Assembly: GCA_963820825.1 (NCBI GenBank)
Contig: CAWGBN010000006.1
Span: 96,001-160,000, forward strand
Direction: 5' to 3'
Source: Vulcanimicrobiota bacterium
Lineage (GTDB): Bacteria > Vulcanimicrobiota > Vulcanimicrobiia > Vulcanimicrobiales > Vulcanimicrobiaceae
DNA length: 64,000 nucleotides
The translations under genes were made by a program, and so were the position numbers. This document shows, in pieces, positions 48,413-58,358 of this stretch. Position 1 is the first letter of the stretch, and each line of letters starts with the position of its first letter. The notes under the pieces were generated by a model. It searched no databases, was not told where the DNA came from, and was given only the letters and a program-made list of their open reading frames with translations.

Positions 48413-50890
48413 GAGCTCTTCTTCTTGCGAGAGGCCGTCGTTGCGGTCTTTCGTTTACGCGCCGTCTTCGGCTTCCCGCCGCTCGTCGAAGCGACGCCCG
48501 GCTCGCTCTTGGGCTCGGCCTTCTTACGCGTGCGCCGCGCTTTGGGTTCCGGCGCCGGTAGGGCAAGCGCGCTTCCCGTCGCCTCGAGCTCGCTGCTAAC
48601 CGCCGCGCGCGGCGTGCGCCGGCGACGCGTCGGCTTCGTTCGCATCGGCTCTTCGCCGGGCGCGGTCAGGCTCGGCGGGGGCGCCTCGACGGCGGGCGGC
48701 GTTTCGCTGCGCGGCGCGATCGCTCGCGACGGTTCGTGCGGCATCGAGAGTGCGGCCGTATGCACCGCGCCGTCTCCACCGCCGCCTCGCCCCCGGCGTC
48801 CCCGTCGCCGTCGCCGGCGACGGCGGTGTTGGCCGGCACCGTCGCCCGAAAACGCTTCGAGCGGAGCGGGGGTCGCGGTCTCCTCGACGATCGGCGCGGT
48901 GGGCGCTTCGTCGCGGCCGCGCCCGCGACGCCGCCTGCGTCGCTTACGCTTGCCGTCGCCCGGCGCGTGAACCGCGCCTTCGGCGATGATGATCGCATCG
49001 GGCTGCGCCTCGCCTTTACGCTCGGCGCGCAGCGCTTTGTCTTGCGCCTCCTCTTCCTCGGTAATCGCCGAGATACCGATCGGCGGACGCGATGCCGATT
49101 GGCGCGCCGCGTCTTCGGCGAGCTCGCGCAGCTGCCGCGTCTGTTCGGCGGCGGAGACTTCCGCGCGCCGCCCGTGCCGCTTGCGCTTCGCTTTGACGCC
49201 GGCGGTTACCAGCTCGGCGAGAACGTAGTCGTCCTTGTCCTCGACGTCGATGATTCGAATGCGTACGAAGTTGCCCGCGCTATTCGCGGCGTTCTCGACC
49301 TCGGCGAGATGTCCGTCGACGACGGCGGCGGCAGAGGTCGGGTTCGGCAGCCGGCCGGGCAAGAGTTCGACTTCGTGCTCGTCGCCGACGCGGACGACGT
49401 GATCCTTTCGTTCCTTGAATCCGGCGACCGACTCGATGCGCGCCTTCTCCGGATGGATCATCGGATCGACCCGTACGTGGATCGGATGGGCGATCGCGCG
49501 GGCGAGCTCCGCGCACTCCTCCTCATACCAATAATCCATCTGCACGGCGACCGTCGGCGCGACGTGAACGACGACGTCGCCGGCGATGCCGTTGTTCGCC
49601 TCATTACGAATTCGCCGGAAGGTCTCGATGGCAACCGACTGTGCCGACATGACGCTGCCCATCCCGGCGCAGGTCGGACAGGCGCCGCGCAGCTGACTGC
49701 CGAGATCTTTACCGATGCGCTTGCGGGTGAACTCGAGCAGGCCGAGATTCGAAAAGGATTGGATCGTCGCCCGGGTCCGGTCGCGACGCAGATGATCCTC
49801 CATGGTCTTAACGACGCGGTCGCGCGACGCCTCCGAAGCCATGTCGATGAAGTCGACGACGATGATGCCGCCGATGTCGCGAAGGCGCACCTGCCGTGCG
49901 ATCTCCTCGGCGGCTTCGATGTTCGTCTTCAGAATCGTATCTTCGAGATTCCGCCCGCCGGTAAACTTTCCCGAGTTCACGTCGATGACCGTGAGCGCTT
50001 CGGTCGACTCGATGACGATCGAGGCTCCCGAGGGCAAATTGATCTTCGGCCGCATCAGCTTCTGCAACTCGTCCTCGATCTTGTAATCGTCGAAGAGCGA
50101 ACGGCCCGAGTTGTAGTGCTCGATGCGACTGATGTACTGCGGCCCTAAGAGCTGCAGGAGGTCGCGAATCTTGCGGTACTCTTCCTCGTCGTCGATCAGA
50201 ACGCGATCGACGTCGGCGGTGATGAAATCGCGCGCCGCCTTGTAGACGAGATTCATGTCCTTGTGAAGCAGCGACGGCGAAGGCGCGCGCTTGTATGTTT
50301 CGAGAATGCCGTGCCACATGCGGATGAGCACGCCGAGATCGGCGATCAGCTCGGCCTCGCTCGCGCCGGCCGCGGCCGTCCGCACCGACGGTCGCCATTC
50401 CTTCGGGCCGGATGCGCTTCATCACGCCCTTGAGGCGGTTGCGCTCGTCGGCCGACTCGACCTTGCGCGAGACGCCCGAGTACTTGCCGGTCGGCATCAA
50501 GATCAGATAGCGGCCCGGCAGCGAGATGTTGGTGGAGATACGCGCCCCTTTGAGGCCGCGCGGCTCCTTGACGATCTGCACCAGCACCTCGTCGCCGCGT
50601 TTGACCTTCTCGCTGATCGTAAAGCCGCTATGGCCTTGGGTGATCTCGACGTCGCCGATATTCAGCGGCTGTTTGTTGATGTCGTCGACGTAAAGGAAGG
50701 CGTTCCGCCCTAAACCGATGTCGACGAAGGCGGCCCCCATGCCCGGGAGCACGTTCTGTACTTTGCCCTTGTAGATCGAGCCGATGACCTTCTCTTCGCG
50801 CTCGATGTAGAGTTCGGCTAACTCGCCGTCCTCGAGTATGGCGACCCGGTTTTCCCACGGGTCGCTCGAGATCAATATCTCGCTCGACAA
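48409..50890 (-). CDS. rne: Rne/Rng family ribonuclease with a TRAM-like domain and Arg-rich tail; +1 frameshift near 50386
   Basis: IYKGKV.NVLPGM.AAFVDIG, IDVNSG, RLRDIGGIIVVDFIDM, CPTC.G; one extra G at ACC GTC G GTG CGG. Confidence 0.9.
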
Positions 50891-51121
50891 ATTTTCCTCA
50901 AATCACGCGAGCCGGCCGGCCGCCGCGCTAACCCTCTACGGGGCGCTTGCGGGCGGCGCTTCCGCGCCGCAACGGCGAGCTCTCGAAAAAATTCTAGTTA
51001 AAAACCTCTGCCGACGGCCCTTCGTCGAATCGACGGGGCCAGCCGGCGCAGCCGCTCTTTCTGTTCCCGGCGCGGGGAGAACGGCCCTGCGCCCGAGCCA
51101 TCCGGGCGTACGCCCGCCCTT
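50891..51121 (-). promoter_or_regulatory. Structured 5' leader of rne
   Basis: 231-nt spacer with several GC hairpins flanking an AU-rich stretch (GGTTTTTAACTAGAATTTTTT). Confidence 0.4.
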
Positions 51122-52255
51122 CTAGGCGTTGCCCAGCACGTCGCGGTCCCGCTGCGAGTAGATGTTGAGGAGGATGCCGACCGCCACGAAGTCGGTAAGC
51201 ATGGCAGAGCCGCCGTACGACATGAACGGCAGCGGTATTCCGGTGATCGGCATGATCCCGATCGTCATGCCGAGGTTCACCAGCACGTGAAAGAAGAGCA
51301 TCCCGACCAGTCCCGCGGCCAGCAGAAAGCCGAACCGGTCTCGCGCGCTGAGCATCGTGCGGATCCCGCCGTAGAGGAGCGCCGCGTAGAGCGCGAGCAG
51401 GACAGCGGCCCCGCCGAAGCCCCACTCTTCGGCCAAGACGGTGAAGATAAAATCGCGTGAATGCTCCGGCACGAAGTTAAGCTGCGTCTGCGTGCCGTGA
51501 TAGAGCCCGCGGCCGAACCACTCGCCGTTGCCGACGGCAATCTTCGATTGGTTCAGGTTATACCCGGCGCCCTGCGGATCGGCTCTGGGATTGAGGAAGA
51601 CGAAGAGCCGCGCGCGCTGGAAGGGCTTGAGCACCGCGTTGGTACCGAGCGCGGCGGCGGCCACGACGAGCACGCCCAGGAGATAGATGCCGAAGTCGCC
51701 GAGCTTGGGCAAGGCGAAGAAGAGTTCGACCGTCATGATCGCGAGCAAGACGAGCGACGAGCCGAGATCGGGCTGCTTCAAGATGAGCAGCGCCGGAATC
51801 GCGACGGTCAAAAGCGGCTTGTAGATTGTCTGTAGATTCTCGTAGGTGCCCCGGCAGAGTACGGCGGCGAGCGAAATGGCAATAACGAGCTTCGCCGGTT
51901 CGGAGGGCTGGAACGTGCCGAGCGGACCGAGCGAGATCCATCGCTGCGCGCCCATCGCACTGTGACCGCCGCGCAGAATGAAGAGCAGCAGGAGCAGGTT
52001 GACGACGTAGAGCCCCGGTGCCCAGCGCTGCCACGTCCGATAGTCGACGCGCGACACGGCGAACATCGCCGCCAAGCCGAGCAGCAGGTAAAGGATCTGC
52101 TTTTTAAACTCTCCGGTGGCGGTGGGCGCGTGCAACCCGGCCGAGCGGACGCAGACGATCCCCAACAACGACACGAGCAAGGCAGCGATCGCGAGATACC
52201 AGTTGAAGTTGCGCACGTAGCGCATGGTATCGGCACGAAGCAGTCCTACCGCCAT
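51122..52255 (-). CDS. rodA: Rod shape-determining SEDS protein RodA
   Basis: GAQRWI, FQPSE.AK, KQPDLG, PE...DFIF...AEEWGF, GIPLPF.SYGGS. Confidence 0.92.
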   Translation of the reverse strand: MAVGLLRADTMRYVRNFNWYLAIAALLVSLLGIVCVRSAGLHAPTATGEFKKQILYLLLGLAAMFAVSRVDYRTWQRWAPGLYVVNLLLLLFILRGGHSAMGAQRWISLGPLGTFQPSEPAKLVIAISLAAVLCRGTYENLQTIYKPLLTVAIPALLILKQPDLGSSLVLLAIMTVELFFALPKLGDFGIYLLGVLVVAAAALGTNAVLKPFQRARLFVFLNPRADPQGAGYNLNQSKIAVGNGEWFGRGLYHGTQTQLNFVPEHSRDFIFTVLAEEWGFGGAAVLLALYAALLYGGIRTMLSARDRFGFLLAAGLVGMLFFHVLVNLGMTIGIMPITGIPLPFMSYGGSAMLTDFVAVGILLNIYSQRDRDVLGNA

Positions 52256-52303
52256 AGCTGCTACTCTTACGCGGACGAGGGTGGAAGGCTCCTCGTCGGC
52301 GCG

Positions 52304-52720
52304 CTACTGCGCGGCGGCGGGAGCCGGTGCCGGCGAAGCGCCTTGCGCCTTCTTGCGTTTTCGCCGCTTGCGCACCGGCGGCTTCGGCGGCACCGATGCT
52401 TGCGTTGCAGGCGATGCGGGCGGCGCCGGCGATTCCTGCGCGACGGTCCCGTTTCCATTTGGGCTCGGCCGATTGACGGCGAGAATCGGGATGTTTGCCA
52501 GCATGGCGAGCGTCCGGTCCTGCCGCTCGAAGCTCACGTCGATCTTCTCGCGGTCGACTTCGACGAAGCGCGAGATCACGTCGACGAGATCGCGTTTCAT
52601 CGCCTCGATCATCTCGGGTGCGAGTTCGAGATGGTCGGTCATGAGCACCAGACGCAAGCGCTCCTTTGCAGTCGCGCTCGAGCCCTGCTGACGGAAGAGG
52701 CGCTTCAAAAACTCGATCAC
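52304..52720 (-). CDS. minE: Cell division topological specificity factor MinE with a Pro/basic C-terminal tail
   Basis: FLKRLF...S..TAKERLRLVL..D, ISRFVEVD, LANIPI. Confidence 0.9.
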   Translation of the reverse strand: MIEFLKRLFRQQGSSATAKERLRLVLMTDHLELAPEMIEAMKRDLVDVISRFVEVDREKIDVSFERQDRTLAMLANIPILAVNRPSPNGNGTVAQESPAPPASPATQASVPPKPPVRKRRKRKKAQGASPAPAPAAAQ

Positions 52721-53581
52721 CGGCGCTTTCCTCCGAGCATCGAGCCGAGCCGCTCGAAGAGCGAGACTTTCGCCGGCGCCGGCATCGGTGCCGCAACGTC
52801 CTCACCGGCGAGACGCGCCGCGATCGCGTGGTATGCGGCGCCGGTCGGCGTCGCCATGCGCAGCGCGAGCGGCTCGCCGCGATTCGTCGTCACGATGATC
52901 TCCGGCTCGTCGGCGATGACGCCGAGCAGCGGCAGGCGCAAGATCGCGTTGACGTCTTCGACCGAGAGCATCTTGCCTTTCTGCACGAGCTGCGGCCGGA
53001 GCCGGTTGATCACCAACTGCGGGTGAAAGCGATTTCCCAACAGACCGACGACGCGATCGACGTCGCGGACGGCGGCGACTTCGGGGGTACAGATGACGAT
53101 CGCCTCGTCGGCGCCGGCGACGGCGTTCTTGAAGCCGAGCTCGATCCCGGCGGGGCTGTCGATCAGCACGTAATCGAAGCGCTCGCGCAGTCTGGTGACG
53201 AGCGCCTGCATTGCAGCGGTCTCGACTTCGTCTTTCTCGCGCGATTGCGCCGCAGCGAGCAAGAAGAGCCGCTCCGTATGCTTATCGGGAACGAGGGCGT
53301 CGTCGAGCTCGACGACGCTCCTCGAGCACGTCGAGCAGATGGTGTTTGACGCGGCTCTCCAAGCCGAGGACGATGTCGAGATTGCGCAATCCGACGTCGG
53401 CATCGACGAGCACCACGCCGGCGCCGCGGCTGGCCAGCGCCGTGCCGAGATTCGCCGTCGTCGTCGTCTTGCCGACGCCGCCCTTGCCCGAGGTGAGAAC
53501 GATCGCGCGCCCCAGCTTGGCGGGCGCCGCGGCTTGCGGCGCGGCTTGGAGTACGTGGTCGTCGTCTTGCAGTTGATGCAA
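52717..53581 (-). CDS. minD: Second MinD paralogue; +1 frameshift near 53318
   Basis: TSGKGGVGKTTT, DVGLRNLD, then DSPAGIE.GF, TPEVAAVRDVDR and an amphipathic C-terminus in the adjacent frame. Confidence 0.8.
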
Positions 53582-53585
53582 AGCC

Positions 53586-54377
53586 CTACCCTGCTTTCAA
53601 CGCGCCGATCAGGCGCCCGAAAAACGTTTGATTGTCGAAGCTGGTGAAGGGAACGAGCTCACCTTCGAGGCGCCGCGCGATCTTCTCGTAGATCGCTCGC
53701 AGGCGGTTCGTCTCGTTGAGGACGATCGGTTCCCCGCGGTTGGTGGTGTCGATGACCTCTTCGTCGTCGGGCACGACGCCGAGCAGCTCGATCGAGAGCA
53801 CGTCGCAGACGTCTTCGACCGAGAGCATGTCGCCGCTACGCACCATCTCGGGGCGCAACCGGTTGACGATCAAGCGAATCGGCTTCCCCGCCTCGGAAAT
53901 CTTTCCGACGACGCGGTCGGCGTCGCGGATCGCGCTGACCTCGGGCGTCGTGACGACGATCGCTTCGGTCGCCCCGGCGACGGCGTTACGAAAGCCGGTT
54001 TCGATCCCCGCCGGGCAGTCGATCAGCACGTAATCGGAAACCTCCGCGGCGCTCTCGACGATTCCGGCAAACTGCTCCGCGGTGATCGCGTCCTTCTCGC
54101 GCGTCTGTGCGGCCGGCAGGATCGAGAGCGAATCGAAGCGCTTGTCTTTGATGAGCGCCTGGCGAAGCTGGCAGCGCCCTTCGGCGACCTCCACGAGGTC
54201 GAAGACGATGCGCTTCTCTAAGCCGAGGACCAAGTCCAAATTGCGAAGGCCGATGTCGGCGTCGATCAGGATGACGCGCTTGCCGCGCTTGGCCAAAGTC
54301 GCTCCGAGATTTGCCGTCGTCGTCGTCTTTCCGACGCCGCCTTTGCCCGAGGTGACGACGATCCTGCGCGCGCTCAT
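53586..54377 (-). CDS. minD: Septum site-determining protein MinD
   Basis: TSGKGGVGKTTT, DIGLRNLD, DCPAGIE.GF, C-terminal membrane-targeting helix FFGRLIG. Confidence 0.96.
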   Translation of the reverse strand: MSARRIVVTSGKGGVGKTTTTANLGATLAKRGKRVILIDADIGLRNLDLVLGLEKRIVFDLVEVAEGRCQLRQALIKDKRFDSLSILPAAQTREKDAITAEQFAGIVESAAEVSDYVLIDCPAGIETGFRNAVAGATEAIVVTTPEVSAIRDADRVVGKISEAGKPIRLIVNRLRPEMVRSGDMLSVEDVCDVLSIELLGVVPDDEEVIDTTNRGEPIVLNETNRLRAIYEKIARRLEGELVPFTSFDNQTFFGRLIGALKAG

Positions 54378-55186
54378 GCCAGCGACGCTCCGGCCTGGAA
54401 GTCGGCGAGGCGATCGAGCGCCACGATGGTGATCTGCCCCTCGCGCACGATCGCCGCTTCAGGAATCGGAGCGGCGCGGCGTGTGGCGCTCTCGTCGGCA
54501 GCGATGAAGGTTGCGATCCGCAACTGCGTTGCCGCGAGATCGAGCGCGTAAATGCGAGCCTCGGCATCTCCCTGCGCTCCCGCATGAGCGATTCCGCCGA
54601 GCCGCCCGAAGACCAGAATGTCGCCGGTCGCGACGAGCTCGGCGCCGGGATTGACGTCGCCCACGACCACGATATTTCCGGTATGGTGAAGCGTCTGGCC
54701 GCCGCGCAGCGTCGCCGCATGATAGAGGGTCGTCGGCGCCGCGTCGACCAGCCGAAGCTCGACGGGGCGAGCCGCTTCCGCGGACTCCAGCCGCACGCGG
54801 CGCACGCTCGCCTCGCCGCGCTTTCGCCGTTGCGCGATGTCGTTGCGCGCGCCGGCAAAGTCGGCGACGAGCGAACGCGCCGCTTCCGAGAGACTCGGCT
54901 CCGAGCGCTGGAACTGCAGCGCTTGCGCTTGGGCGAGGGCTTCGAGTGCGTCGAACGAGCCGCGGAGCGCGCGCAGCTCGACGCCGGCGGCTTGAAGAAG
55001 GGAGCGCAAGCGCGTCACGGCGGCCTCCGACGGCTCGTTATCGCCGAAATCGGCCGTCGCGGAGGCCCCTCGATAGAAGCTCGGCTGCTCCGCCAAGCGA
55101 GCTTCCAGCTCGACGAAGGCCTCCTCGAGGTCGCGGCCGGCGAGCGCGACTTCGAGGCCGTCCAGCCGCCCTCGTAAGAGTGTCAC
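54374..55186 (-). CDS. minC: Septum site-determining protein MinC
   Basis: GTG 55186; LRGGQ, VVGDVNPGAELVA.G.I.VFG.L.G.AHAG, QLRIA. Confidence 0.92.
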   Translation of the reverse strand: MTLLRGRLDGLEVALAGRDLEEAFVELEARLAEQPSFYRGASATADFGDNEPSEAAVTRLRSLLQAAGVELRALRGSFDALEALAQAQALQFQRSEPSLSEAARSLVADFAGARNDIAQRRKRGEASVRRVRLESAEAARPVELRLVDAAPTTLYHAATLRGGQTLHHTGNIVVVGDVNPGAELVATGDILVFGRLGGIAHAGAQGDAEARIYALDLAATQLRIATFIAADESATRRAAPIPEAAIVREGQITIVALDRLADFQAGASLA

Positions 55187-55264
55187 GCCGCGCTTTGCGA
55201 GAAGAATGCACCGCATCCCCCTCGCCATCCACAAACGATTCGCAACTTCTTGGCGTTCTCCACA

Positions 55265-55270
55265 TATAAT
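55265..55270 (+). promoter_or_regulatory. Sigma-70-type -10 box upstream of the M48 gene
   Basis: Perfect TATAAT about 25 nt upstream of ATG 55295; no good -35 seen. Confidence 0.45.
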
Positions 55271-55294
55271 ACACAGAGAAGGAAGTCGAAAAGC

Positions 55295-57358
55295 ATGCTC
55301 CGCCGCACGGTTCCCATCTTCGCGATTCTCTCGCTGCTCGTAGGCGCATCTCCCGCGCCGGCTCCCGCCATGTCGACGCAAGCCGAGATTGCCGCAGGGC
55401 AGGCGGAGGACCAGCAGATCGTTGCGAGCAGCGTGGTCGAGACCGATCCGCTTCTCAACGCGTACGTGCAAGGCATCGCCGGCAACCTTTGGAATCAGGT
55501 GCAGCGCAAAGACGTTCCATACTCGATCAAGATTCTCAAGGATAGCCAGATCAATTCCTTTGCGACGATGGGCGGCTTCGTCTACGTCAACGAGGGTCTC
55601 GTCGACTTCGTCCAGTCGGACGACGAGCTTGCGAGCGTCGTCGGACACGAAACCGGTCACATCGAGCGGCGCCACGTCATCACGACCAACTCGAAGGCGG
55701 AGATCCTCAATCTGCTCTTCGGCATCGCTTCGATGTTTTCGCCGATCATCTACGAGTTCGGCGGGCTTGCCGAAGCCGGGCTGATGGCGAAGATCGAGCG
55801 CGGCGACGAGCTTCAAGCCGACCGGTACGGCCTACAGCTCATGTCGCGCGCCGGCTACGATCCCGAGTCGATGGTGACGATGATGGCGCATCTGGGCGTC
55901 TTGCAAGACGAGCATAGCGATGCGGTCACCAAGTATCTGCAAGACCACCCCGATCCGTCCAACCGCGTCGCCCACCTGATGGGTTATCCGGAGCTCGACC
56001 CGTCGGTCGTTACGCCCGCGCAGCAGCTCGTCCAAGCCTCGAGCGACGAAGAGCGCGCGCGTTATGACTTCGCGCGCCTGCGGCTCGATCAGGTGCTGGC
56101 GAAGGATCCGCAGAGTTCCGAAGCGTTGCTCGAGCTGGGTCAATCCGAGCTCGCGCTCGGCCTGCCGAACAAGAGCCAACAGACGCTTGCGGAGGCGGCG
56201 CAGCTCGGTTCGTCGGCGACACGCGCCACCGCCAACGAGCGCATTGCGGCGCTGCGCAAGATGGAAGTGCAAGAGGTAAAGCTGACCAAGAGCGATCCGC
56301 CGGCGAACTTACAAGACGTCGTAAATACTGCGCAGACCGCCCACGCGCAGAATGCGGTCGAGATTCAAGCGCGCGAGGCCGAGGGGAAAGACCAGTTCAA
56401 ATCGGTGCAGAGCCGGATCGATACACTGCAGTACGAGATTCCCGACCTCAGCCGCGTCAACATTCGGCGCGGTTCGCGCGTCGAAGCGATCGTAAAGAAT
56501 CTAACTTCAATGGCCCGCTCGCTCAACAGCGCGCTGCAAGACGCCGGCGGCGGTACGAGCCCGATCGGCGGCGTCGGTACGCTCGAAAAGAACAAAGAGA
56601 CCGGCGCGCTCAAGGAGAGCGCGGACATCTACACCGAGATGCTCGCGCCCTTTGCCATGAAACCGATTCCCACCGAATCGGTGGCGCTCTTCCCTTCCTA
56701 CCCGCAGATGCTCAACGATCTCTCGCGCGCCGACGGGGAGATGTTGCGTTCGGTCGACGCGGCCCGTGCCTCGCTGACGCAGGTCGATCAATCGCTGGGC
56801 GATCTCGACGAGTTCCTCAAGGAGCTCGACCACGCGACGATGACCTATAGCGGCGACATCAGTCCGAACGAGTACGCTGCGTTGGTGCCCTCGATGAAGA
56901 AGTGCGTCGACGAGTTCGACGCGGCGGCGACCGCCGCTTCGCAAGCATCCCAGCTCTTCAACCTCGCTCGCTCGCGCCAGCTCTCAGCGCGGATCACCCT
57001 GCTCGGTCTAGGAACCTCGCCGCAGCTCTACTCGACGCTGAAGTACGCGCTGCAGCAGCGCTTCGGTTCGAGCGGAGTCGACTATCGCACGATGCTCCAC
57101 GACGGTTTGACGCCGGGTGACGTGACCGCCGCGACGATCGTCGCGGCCGACATCAAGAGCACGCCGGAGAGCGTCATCGCCGAAGCAAAGAGCGGCGGCG
57201 AGACGGTCATCGACGTCGCGAACGCGCATAAGATGCATGCCTGGCCATTGGAGATCTTCCTCGGACTCGTCTACCTCGACTACACCGACGATCCCACCAA
57301 AGAGCTGCGCAAAGCCGACGGCAGCCTCGCCGTCGACCTGAACAAGCTCGGCCTCTAA
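55295..57358 (+). CDS. Secreted M48 metallopeptidase (BepA-like) with TPR and a long helical C-terminus
   Basis: Signal peptide, INSFA..GGFVYVN.G, HETGH, E.QADRYG, DHP....R. Confidence 0.85.
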   Translation: MLRRTVPIFAILSLLVGASPAPAPAMSTQAEIAAGQAEDQQIVASSVVETDPLLNAYVQGIAGNLWNQVQRKDVPYSIKILKDSQINSFATMGGFVYVNEGLVDFVQSDDELASVVGHETGHIERRHVITTNSKAEILNLLFGIASMFSPIIYEFGGLAEAGLMAKIERGDELQADRYGLQLMSRAGYDPESMVTMMAHLGVLQDEHSDAVTKYLQDHPDPSNRVAHLMGYPELDPSVVTPAQQLVQASSDEERARYDFARLRLDQVLAKDPQSSEALLELGQSELALGLPNKSQQTLAEAAQLGSSATRATANERIAALRKMEVQEVKLTKSDPPANLQDVVNTAQTAHAQNAVEIQAREAEGKDQFKSVQSRIDTLQYEIPDLSRVNIRRGSRVEAIVKNLTSMARSLNSALQDAGGGTSPIGGVGTLEKNKETGALKESADIYTEMLAPFAMKPIPTESVALFPSYPQMLNDLSRADGEMLRSVDAARASLTQVDQSLGDLDEFLKELDHATMTYSGDISPNEYAALVPSMKKCVDEFDAAATAASQASQLFNLARSRQLSARITLLGLGTSPQLYSTLKYALQQRFGSSGVDYRTMLHDGLTPGDVTAATIVAADIKSTPESVIAEAKSGGETVIDVANAHKMHAWPLEIFLGLVYLDYTDDPTKELRKADGSLAVDLNKLGL

Positions 57359-57368
57359 GGGAGCAACG

Positions 57369-58355
57369 ATGGCAACCGCCGACGCGCGCAATCTCTTCTC
57401 GCTCGTTCGCAAGAGCATCGACGCTCGGGCCGTGCACGTGCACGTGCGCAAGCCGTTTCGCTTTCTGCTCTGCGGCGATCCGGCGCTCGTCGCCGAACTG
57501 CGGGCGCTCTTGCTCGCCGGAAACGACGGCATCGTTCTTCCGGACGCCGCAGCCTGCTTAGAGACGATTCACCCCGGTGCGCCGCTGGTGACCAATCCCA
57601 GCGAAGTACGCGCCGTGATCTTTCTCGGGCGCGCCGGCGATGCCGCGGCGGCCGACTTCGAGCCGCTGCGAGTTCTGCGGGTGCCGATTCTCGCGCTCAC
57701 CGTCGATCCGAATGCGAGCCTATCCGGACCCTCGTCGCCCCCGGTAGCCGGCGCTTGGAGCGAGTATATCGTTCCGGCAATCGCGCGCGAGCCGCTGCGC
57801 GGACGCTTCTTCGCGCATCTGGTCGAGTGTTCGAGCGGCGTCGAGATCGCCGTCGGACGCAACCTTCCGGTGCTTCGCGAGATCGTGGCCGCCAAACTCA
57901 CGCGCGATGCGTCGAACAACGCACTCAAGGTCGCGCTGGCAAGCGCGGTCGTCGATCACATTCCGGTCGTAGGCATCGTGCTGGGAGCCTTCGCTTCGGC
58001 CGGCGACATGGTTGCCATCACCGGCATTCAGGTGATGCTGATGCTGCATATCGATGCCGCCTACGGCCGCGATCCGGACATGCAGCGCACGTGGCAGCTT
58101 CTACCGGTTATCGGCGGCGGCTTCGGTTGGCGCACGCTGGCGCGCGAGCTCGTCGGCTTCGTTCCGGTCGCGGGAATCGCTATTAAAGGTGCGATCGCTT
58201 ACGCCGGTACGATCGTCGTCGGTGAGGGCGTCACCTTCTTTCACGAGCACGGCGCCCATATGTCGAAGAGTCAAGCGTCGGTGCTCTACGAGCGGGCCAA
58301 GAACGACGCGCTGCGATTCGCGCGCGAGCTCGCAGCGAAACTCTTGCGCCGCTAG
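57369..58355 (+). CDS. Hypothetical protein with a DUF697-like C-terminal region
   Basis: HIPVVG...GD...IT..Q..M...I.AAYG and V.G.AIKGAIAYAGT...G pattern. Confidence 0.6.
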   Translation: MATADARNLFSLVRKSIDARAVHVHVRKPFRFLLCGDPALVAELRALLLAGNDGIVLPDAAACLETIHPGAPLVTNPSEVRAVIFLGRAGDAAAADFEPLRVLRVPILALTVDPNASLSGPSSPPVAGAWSEYIVPAIAREPLRGRFFAHLVECSSGVEIAVGRNLPVLREIVAAKLTRDASNNALKVALASAVVDHIPVVGIVLGAFASAGDMVAITGIQVMLMLHIDAAYGRDPDMQRTWQLLPVIGGGFGWRTLARELVGFVPVAGIAIKGAIAYAGTIVVGEGVTFFHEHGAHMSKSQASVLYERAKNDALRFARELAAKLLRR

Positions 58356-58358
58356 AGG

